Shown: positions 10,701-21,274 of the stretch, in pieces | Layout of the letters: each line of letters opens with the position of its first letter | Position numbering within the stretch: the stretch's first letter is position 1 | DNA from: Paramoeba atlantica | Taxonomy: Eukaryota > Protista > Discosea | Assembly (NCBI GenBank): GCA_977017575.1 | Contig: CDRNVI010000041.1 | Location: forward strand, 186,001 to 250,000 | Reading direction: 5' to 3' | Length of the DNA: 64,000 nucleotides | Translations under genes and position numbers: made by a program | Notes under the pieces: generated by a model | The model's database searches: none | Told to the model about the DNA's origin: nothing | The model's input: only the letters and a program-made list of their open reading frames with translations

Positions 10701-10969
10701 TTCCTCATCTAACGTTGATTTTCTCGCATTACATGTGATGGTTCGACTGTACTGCTGTGTATCGCGGTTGCGGCATTGCTATAGCCAGGCTACGCACTGA
10801 TACTACAGGCTAAGCCTGTAGTATGCTCTTTTACTAAACCTCAACAAACCATGTCTCACGCATATTTTGCATGACGATAAGAAATATATTGTAGGATTTT
10901 TAATTTTTTTCATTGTATAATGTCTTGTTTTGGTAGGTCACTCAAAAATCAAGAAATAAAGTATAAGTA

Positions 10970-11378
10970 AAGGGGGGGTACGTCTATTGTTGGCAATCAT
11001 CTATTGTTGGCAAACTAATAAAAACACCTATTGCTGGCAATCGGTTATTGTTGACATTTAATTATTTTTGGTTTTTTTGACCCATTGCCATGTATGACGT
11101 ATAAACTCCTGGAATCTGCGAAGGTCAAAATTTCCACTTTTTTCGAAACTTTCCTCTTTTTCGAGGATACGTATACATGTATGTGTCCTCGTGTATGTGA
11201 GGGGGGGCGACGGTAGTGTAAGTGATAAAAGTAGCGTAAGTTACCTTGATAGCCAACAATAGTTGATTTTATTGCCGTTCCATCTATTGTTGGTAAAGGG
11301 GGGTATTGTATCATCTATTGTTGGCTATCGGCTATTGTTGGCAAAAAAAAGTAGCCAACAATAGACGAGCCCCCCCTC
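10970..11378. mobile_element. 409-bp MITE with TA flanks
   Basis: TA at 10968-69 and 11379-80; 25-bp TIR (A/G)AGGGGGGG(TA/CT)CGTCTATTGTTGGC; several subterminal (T)CTATTGTTGGC copies. Confidence 0.8.
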
Positions 11379-11413
11379 TAGTTGTAACCCACATTTTTTA
11401 TATCACATAACGT

Positions 11414-12213
11414 ATGTGTGCACTTGTTGGTTACACCGTCGATGTGTCGACTTCACAGCAAAGCCGTGTAGGGAAAGTACGAGGAGCCAACTTGCCATCG
11501 GAATTTTTTCTGATTCGATTCGTAGAATCCATTGAGAATCCACATACCACATGGAATGCATCGGTACCCATCTGTGATTGGAAAGGAGTCACTTGCGAGG
11601 ACGGTGGCGACATTACAGAAATCTTTTGGGAAAATATGGAGCTTCATGGATCGGTCCAATGGGAATGGTTGCCCAGTACAGTACGAAAGTTGGACCTGAC
11701 GATAAACGGGCTGACGAGCGAGCTTCCCCTTGATAACTTACAGCAAGAACTGGTTGTTTTTATTGCACCGGAGAACTCTTTTACAGGTGAAATTGATTTA
11801 GCACACCTGCCGGACACTCTCCGTATTCTTCACTTACACAATAACATGTTGAACGGCAGCATAGAACTCGGTTCCCTTCCTGAGAGCTTGGAAGCGCTCA
11901 GTCTACATTCGAACAAATTTTCTGGGAGCATTGATCTCGAAAGCCTTCAAGTTTAAGGGGTCTGAACTTAGGCGATAACAACTTGACTGGGACGCTGAAT
12001 TTGGAGCATTTACCGGCTACATTAAAAGGCCTTAACCTGGAATACAACGACTTTTCCGGTGCATCTAAGCTTGACGCACTTCCTACAGGCCAGGAACTCA
12101 GAATGGTGAACGGAAACAAAGAGCTTGGGGGTATCGTTCGAACTTCATATCTTCCTGCACCGCTAACATTTTTTCGTCACAAATATACGAAAATATGCGT
12201 TATGGAGACGTGA
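11414..12213 (+). pseudogene. LRR protein split by a frameshift near 11950 (pseudogene or assembly indel)
   Basis: WN..ICDWKGVTC cap and 23-aa LRRs. After TAA at 11954 another frame resumes GLNLGDNNLTGTLNLEHLP in register. Confidence 0.75.
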
Positions 12214-12682
12214 AGCGATTAAGAAGTGTTTTTAAACATGCTAAACAACCAAGTATGCTAAGTGGACCCTTTGATTAGTTTACTTGTACATACCTGTACA
12301 TACATGTGTAAGCTTTTATTTCTTTGATTACCTGCTAGCAATACCTAGCACTTGATTTGCTATGAATTTAAATATTTTTTAGAGTTGGACTGCTGAGTAG
12401 TCAACAACGTTAATGACATTAAATGTTGAATGATTACCCACTTGTTTCGGGTATGTATGTATTTTAGTTATACATGTACATGTTTCTTTTCGTATCCCAT
12501 TTAAGGTAGAAAAAAAAGAGATAGAAACGTTTGCCGTTCGACAGTGATTTCAAATAAAATCTGCAGATTCAAGTGGGTTGAAACAACCTACATGTATTTC
12601 TTGAGCCGCATTCTCTTTTCTAACATTACACGCCCAGTAATGCACGACCAGGAGTATCATTACACGCTCTTTTACTTGAATC

Positions 12683-13429
12683 ATGAAAATGAAGCACGTT
12701 TATTTATTCAGTTGTCACGATTCAAGCTCGTCCCAACAAAGTTCTAATTCTCGTGCCAGCAGAGTTGGAAGAGCAAATTTACCACCTGAATATGAACTCA
12801 CGCAACTTATTGAGGATATCGGAAATAAGCATCCCACATGGAATACGTTGGTCCCTGCGTGTGAGTGGAAAGGTGTCAAGTGTGAGGGCACTTATATTAC
12901 TCAGCTAGATTGGATACAACGAAGCCTTTTCGGGTCCATTCGATGGCCCTGGCTTCCGCAGTCACTGCAGAACTTTCTAGGAAGTACGAATCACCTTACG
13001 GGGACTGTCGAACTCGATGCCCTGCCCTCGGGTATTCTCCATTTCAGTGTGATGGACAATGCTTTCAGTGGGAAATTGGATCTTCGATATTTACCGCAGA
13101 CGGTAAAACGGCTTAGCTTCAGTTACAATCAATTTGAAGGAGAGGTTGACCTAAATCACCTTCCTATAAATCTTGCGAGGCTCCATTTAGGTTACAACCA
13201 CTTGTCTGGCCCTATAAATTTGACTAACCTTCCACCTAATCTAGTCGACTTATCTTTGCCTAACAATCAATTTTCGGGTACCGCAATAATGAATAACCTG
13301 CCGAAAAGCTTACAGGCACTGCATGTGCATGGTAATAAGCAATTATGTGGTAAAGTTGACGCCTCGACTTTGCCAACTATTTTAGACAGCTTTCTTTATT
13401 CTGATACTAAAATAATTCTTCAAGAATGA
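12683..13429 (+). CDS. LRR protein, copy 2 (tandem paralogue of 13794-14534)
   Basis: SRVGRANLPPE..CEWKGVKC cap followed by LPxxLxxLxLxxNxFSG repeats. Confidence 0.9.
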   Translation: MKMKHVYLFSCHDSSSSQQSSNSRASRVGRANLPPEYELTQLIEDIGNKHPTWNTLVPACEWKGVKCEGTYITQLDWIQRSLFGSIRWPWLPQSLQNFLGSTNHLTGTVELDALPSGILHFSVMDNAFSGKLDLRYLPQTVKRLSFSYNQFEGEVDLNHLPINLARLHLGYNHLSGPINLTNLPPNLVDLSLPNNQFSGTAIMNNLPKSLQALHVHGNKQLCGKVDASTLPTILDSFLYSDTKIILQE

Positions 13430-13793
13430 GTTACATGCAGCTGTGGAGATCATATTCAAAAAATATTCTCCATACTTAATAAGCGTTTTGGTGACACTCC
13501 CAACCAGCACAAAAACCTACATGTACGAAATATCGTACGCAATGACTAGTATAGTATTCTTCACTCTTACTTTTATTTTTTTAAGGTCAAACTTCATTCA
13601 ATTTGGAAGCAGTTTTCAGTGCGAAGTAGTACAGGTGTCTTTCCGTACCGCACTCTTCACGGAAAACGAGGTGCGCCTAAATGGGGGGGGGGGTATTTTC
13701 TGCACAACATTCTCTTTTCTAACATTACATGCTCAGTAATACACAACCAGTAGTGCCATTACATGCTCCTTTACTTGTAAAATTATTTGTAAA

Positions 13794-14534
13794 ATGAAGC
13801 ACGCTTATTTATTCAGTTGTCACGATTCAAGCTCGTCCGAACAAAGTTCTAATTCTCATGCCAGCAAAGTCGGAAGAGCAAATTTACCACCTGAATATGA
13901 ACTTATGCAACTTATTGAGGATATCGGAAATAAGCATTCCACATGGAATCCATCAGTCCCTGCGTGTGAGTGGAAAGGTGTCAAGTGTGAGGGCAGTTGT
14001 ATTACTAAGATAGATTGGATTGGACAAAATTTTTTCGGGTCCATTCGATGGCCCTGGCTTCCGCAGTCACTGCAGATCTTTCTAGTAAGTACGAACCAGC
14101 TTACGGGGGCTGTCGAACTCGATGCCCTGCCCTCGGGTATTCTCCATTTCAATGTGATGGACAATGCTTTCAGTGGGAAATTGGAGCTTCGACACTTACC
14201 CCAGACGGTAAAGCGGCTTTACTTTAGCTACAACCAATTTGAAGGAGAGGTTGACCTAAGTCACCTTCCCGCAAGTCTTATGATGCTCCATGTAGGTAAC
14301 AACCAACTGTATGGCCCCTTAAATTTGACAAATCTTCCACCTAATCTAGTCGACTTATCTTTGCCTAACAATCAGTTCTCGGGTACTGCAATCATGAATA
14401 ACTTGCCGAAAAGCTTGCAGGCAATAGATGTACATGGCAATAAACAATTATGTGGTAAAGTGGATGTCTCAACGTTGCCAACCATTTTAAACAGCTTTCT
14501 TTATTCTGATACTAAAATAGTTCTTCAAGAATGA
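13794..14534 (+). CDS. LRR protein, copy 3
   Basis: Closely similar to 12683-13429, including upstream (13708 vs 12610) and downstream non-coding blocks. Confidence 0.9.
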   Translation: MKHAYLFSCHDSSSSEQSSNSHASKVGRANLPPEYELMQLIEDIGNKHSTWNPSVPACEWKGVKCEGSCITKIDWIGQNFFGSIRWPWLPQSLQIFLVSTNQLTGAVELDALPSGILHFNVMDNAFSGKLELRHLPQTVKRLYFSYNQFEGEVDLSHLPASLMMLHVGNNQLYGPLNLTNLPPNLVDLSLPNNQFSGTAIMNNLPKSLQAIDVHGNKQLCGKVDVSTLPTILNSFLYSDTKIVLQE

Positions 14535-14634
14535 GTTCTTAGAGCATTGAGCAGAAAAGAAAGTAAAGGAAAGAAAGGGAAGTAAGAGGAAGGAAGGAAG
14601 TTATGGAAAGCACAAAGGTAAGGGAGAGCGTCGA

Positions 14635-14665
<31 letters not shown>

Positions 14666-14900
14666 TTACTACAAAAAATTATACAAAAGTTATACAAATG
14701 TATTACTACAAAAGTTATACAAAAGTAATACAAAAGTTATAATACAAAAGTTATAATACAAAAGTTATAATACAAAAGTTATAATACAAAAGTTATAATA
14801 CAAAAGTTATAATACAAAAGTTATAGTACAAAAGTTATAATACAAAAGTTATAATACAAAAGTTATAAGGTATAATTATAAAATATTTAGAAAATGAGTT
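14530..14900. mobile_element. 355-bp insertion flanked by the 8-bp direct repeat AATGAGTT
   Basis: AATGAGTT at 14530-37 and 14893-900. The paralogous locus at 13425-13445 has a single copy followed directly by the homologous flank. Confidence 0.75.
14727..14866. repeat. Minisatellite (AATACAAAAGTTAT) x10
   Basis: 14-bp period with one substitution; preceded by shorter variants and a (CTA)n tract at about 14635-14665. Confidence 0.95.
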
Positions 14901-15110
14901 CCATACAGCTGTGGAGATAATGTTAAAAAAGTATGATCCACTTTAATTCTCGTTTTGGTGTTTTCTGCCACCCAAGACAAAAACCTGCACGTACGCAATA
15001 TCGTAGGCAATGATTAGTACAGTATAGCACTCTTCATTCTTACTTTTATTTACTTTTTATTCACAATCTAGCCGTTACTTTCTGTTTTCCTTTCCCCACT
15101 CTGTTCCCCC

Positions 15111-15932
15111 ATGTTAGCGTTATTCCCCCGTGGCCCCTTAATGGACCCATGGCAGGCGGACTTCACCGCCTCCTGGGTCACCTCCACCTCCACGACCTTC
15201 CTCACCTTCCCCCTTGACACACTAAAAGTATTCTGGCAGGCCAACAACAATAACCCCCGACAGACGCTATCCACCCTCGGGGTCCTCGGGCTCTACCGCG
15301 GGGTTCAGGTCAGCCTGCTGCTCAACGGGGTGATCGTCTCCCTGATCTTTACCCTTTTCGAGGGGTGGAAACGAGAACTCGCGCGTCTCACTCCACTCAC
15401 GGGGCTCCAGATCCCCATAGCCGCTGGATTTCTCAGCGGGCTGTTCGGCTCCCTGGTGCTGTGCCCCACGAACTGCACAAAGGCACGGCTGCAGATCCAT
15501 GGGGGCTCGCTGAAAGAGGCCATAAAGCTGCTGAGGTTCCGCGGGATGTACCGAGGCATTCCTGCCGAGATGACGGCATGCTCGATCGGCCGGGCGTGTT
15601 ACTTTGGAAGCTACGAGGGGGTGAAATCGTTGTTTGTGACAAACCCCACGGAGCGACGGTGGTGGCACTCCATGGCAGCGGCCACGGTTACCGGAGTCAC
15701 CGGGTGGACGGTGATCTTTTCCGTGGACTTGGTGAAGACCAAACTGCAGGCCACGCCCTACCGCTATAAGGGGTACTGGGATTGTGCTGCCCAGACCTAC
15801 CGTTCGAAAGGAGTGTTGGGGTTCTGGACGGGATATCACCTCGCGGTGTCTCGATCCACACTAAATGCGATTATTGCACTCCCGCTGTTCGATGGCACCA
15901 AGGAATACCTGCATGGGAACTATGTGCGGTGA
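15111..15932 (+). CDS. Mitochondrial carrier family (SLC25) protein
   Basis: Three carrier repeats with FPLDTLKV, CPTNCTKARLQ and FSVDLVKTKLQ, plus G(L/M)YRG motifs. Substrate not assignable. Confidence 0.92.
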   Translation: MLALFPRGPLMDPWQADFTASWVTSTSTTFLTFPLDTLKVFWQANNNNPRQTLSTLGVLGLYRGVQVSLLLNGVIVSLIFTLFEGWKRELARLTPLTGLQIPIAAGFLSGLFGSLVLCPTNCTKARLQIHGGSLKEAIKLLRFRGMYRGIPAEMTACSIGRACYFGSYEGVKSLFVTNPTERRWWHSMAAATVTGVTGWTVIFSVDLVKTKLQATPYRYKGYWDCAAQTYRSKGVLGFWTGYHLAVSRSTLNAIIALPLFDGTKEYLHGNYVR

Positions 15933-16320
15933 TGGGCTCTCCGAGAAAAGGCGAGGGTGTGTGATCCCTGATTCTTACATTTTACACATTGTTGTGTGTG
16001 AAGGGGTCGTGTTTTACGACACATAGTTTTCGATCTTGAGAATCTAGTCACCTTAAGCAACTTTCTTGCCGTAACCTTTTGGTTTATTTGTCAAGGGAGC
16101 AGTAAAAGTTTCACAAAAAAACAAAAACAACATAAGAATCCATTTTTTTTAATTCGTTTAACTTCTACGTTTGGACAACTAGTTTCAGACTAAATTCTTC
16201 GTGGTGTACAGCGATCATTCGCGGTGTAGAGCTATATGAAAAAGAAGTTATTTTTTCATTTTTATTTTGTAATAGAGTACAACATTGCCTTTACATCACT
16301 CTTGCGACAAGCGTCGAAAA

Positions 16321-17070
16321 ATGAACCTAACTGAAAGTAATGAAGTGCAAAACTGTGCAGCGTGTGATCTTTACACAGATGAGAATTTCGAAGAAGCCTT
16401 AGTCCTGTTAGCGGAATTCCCATATGAAATTTCGGACACTGGAGACGATGAAGAATCATCGAATCGGTCTTCAATTGATTGGGAGGAAGTACAACCATGG
16501 ATGTTTTCGGTTGTAAGTGCACCACTAGAATATGACGTATCACATCGAAACCTACATCTGAAACGTTGGCGAAATGAAATGGAAGAGAGCACCACCCTCA
16601 ATGAACATACAGCAAAAGAGAATGACAACCTAAATGCGAACGAACAAGAATATATCGCACCGGAGACACCGTATGAAATACTATCTTGGAAAGGCATAAC
16701 AAACGACTTTGGCAGTGGACTGGAGCCACGGGTATACGCACGTGTAATTGCGAAGGCCAATAAACTGATCGTACGACAAGATCTAAATTCATGCGATGTG
16801 GATGAACATCGTACCGAAGGGGATACAATGCGGGTAAATCCATACTTGTTCGGTGCCTATGGTGACTCTGTTCCGAACGAAGTAGGAACTTTTCCATCTA
16901 CTGCACATGAGTCTTTCCCTGCATGGACAACACCTGTAGGACTACCGAAAACAAATCAATCATCACAAATCAATCAGCCCATCCCAACAAGTTTCATATC
17001 TCCAAATGAAGCATTGGGATCACGTATAGAACAGTGGAGGCAAAAACAATATAGCGAATTAACTAAGTAG
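16321..17070 (+). CDS. Hypothetical acidic protein
   Basis: 250-codon ORF in cluster orientation; no family recognised. Confidence 0.55.
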   Translation: MNLTESNEVQNCAACDLYTDENFEEALVLLAEFPYEISDTGDDEESSNRSSIDWEEVQPWMFSVVSAPLEYDVSHRNLHLKRWRNEMEESTTLNEHTAKENDNLNANEQEYIAPETPYEILSWKGITNDFGSGLEPRVYARVIAKANKLIVRQDLNSCDVDEHRTEGDTMRVNPYLFGAYGDSVPNEVGTFPSTAHESFPAWTTPVGLPKTNQSSQINQPIPTSFISPNEALGSRIEQWRQKQYSELTK

Positions 17071-17273
17071 GCACTAAACAGTGTTCTAGTTCTTTCCTAT
17101 GAGGTTGCTATGAGATATTGCCCCAGAACCGAATTACATGCTTGTACTTATTTTACTGTATATGCGATTGAAGCAGAACGTATACTTTTTGTTACAAACA
17201 TTTTATGTACACTTTTTATCACAAACAATTTAGAACGTACAATATAGGACAAATATATTTCTCGTCCAGAGTG

Positions 17274-19913
17274 ATGCTTGCGCGCGGTAGACCAATTTCA
17301 CTTGGCATTCTGAAAAATAGATGTTTGGCATTTCCTGCGTTCTCTCGCTTGATTCGTACGAATACTGTGTCGTTTGGCACAAGTGGGAGCTTGTCTTCTC
17401 TCGAGACCCTATCAACACCTAGTTTTGGGCCTTTGGTTCCACCCACCTCAACTGGATCGAGCAACAGTACTCCAGTCGAGGTGTCCAATGTTTCCATGCA
17501 CGCCTTGTCGGACCTCAACGCTTCCGAGATGCACGGGCCCTGGCTATTGATCCTTCCGGAACTTGACTATTCGGGGGGAAAGGACAGCCAGCCCATTCCC
17601 TCCGGAGAACTTTTGATGCTTCCCTGCGGCACGGCTTATTACCGTCCAGGTGCAGAGTTAGGCTACGGTGTCGGAAAATTTGAGGTAACGGCTGGCGGCA
17701 TGCTTCAAATGCGCTTGGAAATCTATGTCTACGCACAGACTTCCAAGCAACCTGCGACTAACTCACGAATTCTTACTTTTGAAGGAATTGTACAAAACGC
17801 AAAAATTGGATCGCACAATGCTGAGATCTACACTTGTAACGGAAAAGTAGCGTTGGAGGGAAGCGACATGGCCACTGGGGAATTCCAGATGGCAAAAATG
17901 GCAAATTGGAACGCCGAGACGCAAAATCCTCCTCCGTATGCCCCCAATGAGGAGCTGATGCGGGAGCTGGAGAAAGTGATACCCCCGATCGAGTCTTTTC
18001 CTCGCCGTCGTCGTGTGGACTTCACTAAGCATTCCGTTGGCACGATTCCTCATGTGTACTATGTACCCGAATGGGTGACCACTGAGGAGGAATCCACCAT
18101 GCTGCGTATTCTCAAAAATACCCCATCGGAGGTAAAGTCAAAACTTCAGAAGCGTCTGGTCCAGGAGTACGGTGGCTCCATGTGTTCCACTTGCAATACC
18201 AGCTTTGTATCGGAGGGCAACCTGCCCACGTGGTGCAACCAGGTCTGTGACGGATTGCTGCAAAGCTCTGTCTTTACCCCTGCGACATTTCCAAACAACG
18301 TACGAGTGCATGAGTATCAGCCGGGAGAAGGGATCGCACCCCACGTGGACGGTCCTATTTACGTCCCGCGTGTTGCCATTCTCTCACTTGCCGCCCCTAC
18401 GCTTATCTCGTTTTACCCTCGCCGTGAGCCCTATACCAACCCCATGGACCACTACGATGACACGTTCAAATTTGATGGGGAGATCGCGAAGGAGCGACCG
18501 ATCCAAAGTTTAATACTGGAGCCACGCTCCTTGCTTGTCTTTTCGAGCGACGCCTACTGGTTGCATCCTCATGGGATTACCGATAAATTGGAAGACTCGC
18601 TGTTAGAGGAGCATGCGGGTCCGATTGTGAATCGAAGCGTTGTGCACTGCGTTCCGCCCACAGCAACAAAACTTGCACGGAAGTACCGAGTAGGGGTCAC
18701 GGTCCGCAATTTGCTCCCCCGATGCAATCATCAGCCTACTCGCGCTGAGTACTTTCTTTCTCGGGCGTTGCACATTACGGAAGGAGCAACCCCCAAAAAG
18801 CACATTCCTATGAAAACTAAGACCAAGAGCACAATGCCTGCTTCATTGGACACCAAACCCCCGCACCCTACCTCAACATCTACACCGGCAAAAGCCATAC
18901 CCCAAGCCCCTGAACCCACCCCACGCCGTTTCACCCTTCCTCGTCTTCGAACCCCCACAACGTCGGAAGCCCCGACCGTATCTTCCTCCCCACCCTCCAC
19001 GCCTACCACGACGTCCCCTGTCTCCCCCACCCCTCCACCCCCCTCCCCTTCGAAATTTTCCCACCCCTCAACTCCCCCTCTCCATCCCCCAACCGCCGCT
19101 TCTCCACGACACCACGACACCCCCACCGTACCCCCGGCCCTACCCACAACCCCTCCCCCTCCCCTCCCCCCGGGGTACCCCCCCTACCCACATGTCCCCT
19201 ACCCCCCCATCTACCCCCTGGGTGTCTACCCCTGTGTGTACCCCGTAGTGCACACACCCCCCTATGCCCTGTGGAACACATGTAACCACAGTACAATGGT
19301 TAACCCCAATACAATGGTTAACCCCAATGCAATGGTTAACCCCAATGCAACGGTTAACCCCAATGCAATGGGTATCCACAACACAATGGTTAACCCCAAT
19401 GCAACGGTTAACCCCAATGCAATGGGTATCCACAACACAATGGTTAACCCCAATGCAATGGGTAGCCACACTACAATGGGTAACCCCAGTACTATGGTTA
19501 ACCCCAATACAATGGGTAGCCCCACACAAAGTAATCCGGGCTCACAGGGGACACAAGATACAAATACAAGTCCAGAGAATACGGTGATGGGATCCCATGG
19601 GGAGGGAATGAAAGACACAAGTAGAGTTCGGGAAGCTGGGGAACAGTACGGGGGGGACACGCTCAAACAAGCGTTAGAGGAGAGTAAGGAACGCGTGAGT
19701 GCGTTACGTGGTGATGTTGCGGCACTGCAAAAAGTGGTGGAGGGGTTTCAGAAGGCCACGAATGCGATACTGCAGGCGATGGTGGAGAACCATGTGAAGG
19801 CGAAACAGGATCAGGGGCTTGCGTTGGATGCCATGTGTAAAGCGGTGGTGGAAACGAATGCGATGGTGAAACAGATGGCACAAACTGTGAAGGATAAGTT
19901 GATTGAAAACTAA
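17274..19913 (+). CDS. ALKBH6-like 2OG-Fe(II) dioxygenase with N- and C-terminal extensions
   Basis: VYYVPEWVTTEEE, RLVQEYGG, PNNVRVHEYQPGEGIAPHVDGP (HxD), LEPRSLL, HPHGI (distal His) and YRVGVTVR. Confidence 0.85.
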   Translation: MLARGRPISLGILKNRCLAFPAFSRLIRTNTVSFGTSGSLSSLETLSTPSFGPLVPPTSTGSSNSTPVEVSNVSMHALSDLNASEMHGPWLLILPELDYSGGKDSQPIPSGELLMLPCGTAYYRPGAELGYGVGKFEVTAGGMLQMRLEIYVYAQTSKQPATNSRILTFEGIVQNAKIGSHNAEIYTCNGKVALEGSDMATGEFQMAKMANWNAETQNPPPYAPNEELMRELEKVIPPIESFPRRRRVDFTKHSVGTIPHVYYVPEWVTTEEESTMLRILKNTPSEVKSKLQKRLVQEYGGSMCSTCNTSFVSEGNLPTWCNQVCDGLLQSSVFTPATFPNNVRVHEYQPGEGIAPHVDGPIYVPRVAILSLAAPTLISFYPRREPYTNPMDHYDDTFKFDGEIAKERPIQSLILEPRSLLVFSSDAYWLHPHGITDKLEDSLLEEHAGPIVNRSVVHCVPPTATKLARKYRVGVTVRNLLPRCNHQPTRAEYFLSRALHITEGATPKKHIPMKTKTKSTMPASLDTKPPHPTSTSTPAKAIPQAPEPTPRRFTLPRLRTPTTSEAPTVSSSPPSTPTTTSPVSPTPPPPSPSKFSHPSTPPLHPPTAASPRHHDTPTVPPALPTTPPPPLPPGYPPYPHVPYPPIYPLGVYPCVYPVVHTPPYALWNTCNHSTMVNPNTMVNPNAMVNPNATVNPNAMGIHNTMVNPNATVNPNAMGIHNTMVNPNAMGSHTTMGNPSTMVNPNTMGSPTQSNPGSQGTQDTNTSPENTVMGSHGEGMKDTSRVREAGEQYGGDTLKQALEESKERVSALRGDVAALQKVVEGFQKATNAILQAMVENHVKAKQDQGLALDAMCKAVVETNAMVKQMAQTVKDKLIEN
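19290..19510 (+). repeat. Coding minisatellite, 18-bp units encoding (T/A)(M/V)VNPN
   Basis: Repeated CAATGGTTAACCCCAATG, in frame within the AlkB-like ORF. Confidence 0.9.
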
Positions 19914-20169
19914 GAAAAATGAAAGTACTGTGCACTTTTTGAATCATCTGGAAGAGTTCCTTGTAAGAGCATGAATGATGTGAATGGGCTCGCTTCCTAT
20001 ACGTTTAGCTTTGCTAGCATTAGATGCGTGTACATCGGTACGCATTCACAAACATAAGTTTTTTCTCTATACAACAGAGTTTTTTCTCTGTAGACAAAAC
20101 CCAATATTTATCGCACCAAAATTCCTGAAACCTTTTTTCCATAATTAAATTTATAGGTTTTACTCGTTT

Positions 20170-20901
20170 ATGTCCGACATCGAGGAACCTCCTACCAAAA
20201 GGTCACGAGTAGGAAAAATTTCGAGCATTTCTTTGCCTGTCGAAATCGAATTCGTACGCTTTATTCGAGACATTCAGAACCCCTACGCCTCCTGGGACGG
20301 GGAGACTCAAATCAGTGAGTGGAGCGGAATCCGCCGATCGCACGAGACACACTATCACATACATTGGAGTAATCGAAATCTTCGCGGATCCTTGTACTGG
20401 GAGTGTATTCCTCCGAATATCGTTTCTCTTGATCTCACAGCCAATCAACTACGCGGGAACGTGACTTTGGCGTTTGTTCCGTCCTGTTGTCATCGAATAA
20501 AACTCGGTCATAACTCATTTGGTCCGGGCTTGGATATGTCGGTGTTGCCGCAGTCGTTACAAATCCTTGACCTGTCAGAAAATCGATTTCGAACGCCCTT
20601 GGAACTGCGGAATCTCCCGCGACAACTTACACATCTGATATTGCATCACAACAGCTTTACAGGTACTCTTCGTATGTCTGATGTTCCCGCTTCATTGTCT
20701 CTTCTAGATGTTCAGTACAATAAAATTACACTTTTGGAGTCGGCCGAGACACCTTGTACCGTTCGGTACAACGACAATCCATTCCGCAATAGTTTAGGAA
20801 AGGGACAGCCTATCCTTGATGATTTGTTTCACGAAACAGCGTCTAAAGGGCAACCCTCAGTGAAGGATTTGTTTCACAAACAGAAGGCTTCACCTGAGTA
20901 G
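20170..20901 (+). CDS. LRR protein, copy 4 (divergent)
   Basis: RSRVGKISSISLP..SWDGE..EWSGI cap followed by 23-aa LRRs. Confidence 0.85.
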   Translation: MSDIEEPPTKRSRVGKISSISLPVEIEFVRFIRDIQNPYASWDGETQISEWSGIRRSHETHYHIHWSNRNLRGSLYWECIPPNIVSLDLTANQLRGNVTLAFVPSCCHRIKLGHNSFGPGLDMSVLPQSLQILDLSENRFRTPLELRNLPRQLTHLILHHNSFTGTLRMSDVPASLSLLDVQYNKITLLESAETPCTVRYNDNPFRNSLGKGQPILDDLFHETASKGQPSVKDLFHKQKASPE

Positions 20902-21274
20902 AATTTGTGAATTAGAGGTGTATCCTAGAGGCGGGATCCTAGAACTATTGGTTGGTGAAGTAGAAGATGCGCTTCTGGAGTCATTAATTTCAACATTTAT
21001 AGCGAATGTTACTTTCTGACGCCCGGTTTTTGGTTAAAATATGGATGCTTTCTTGCTAAATATTCTGGAACGGCTTACATTTTGCTCACAGGATCTTTTT
21101 TTTCTTAATTTTAATTTAATTGGCGATTCAAATTGTTATTCCTTCACTACAACACAACTGCATGCTATTTCCCTGAACGCGCTTGAAGTCTTTTTTGCTT
21201 TTTTTCAGTTTATGTATTCTGTTTTATCCTAAGAAGGATTTTTGACTACGATATCATCGTACTTTATTTTGTAA

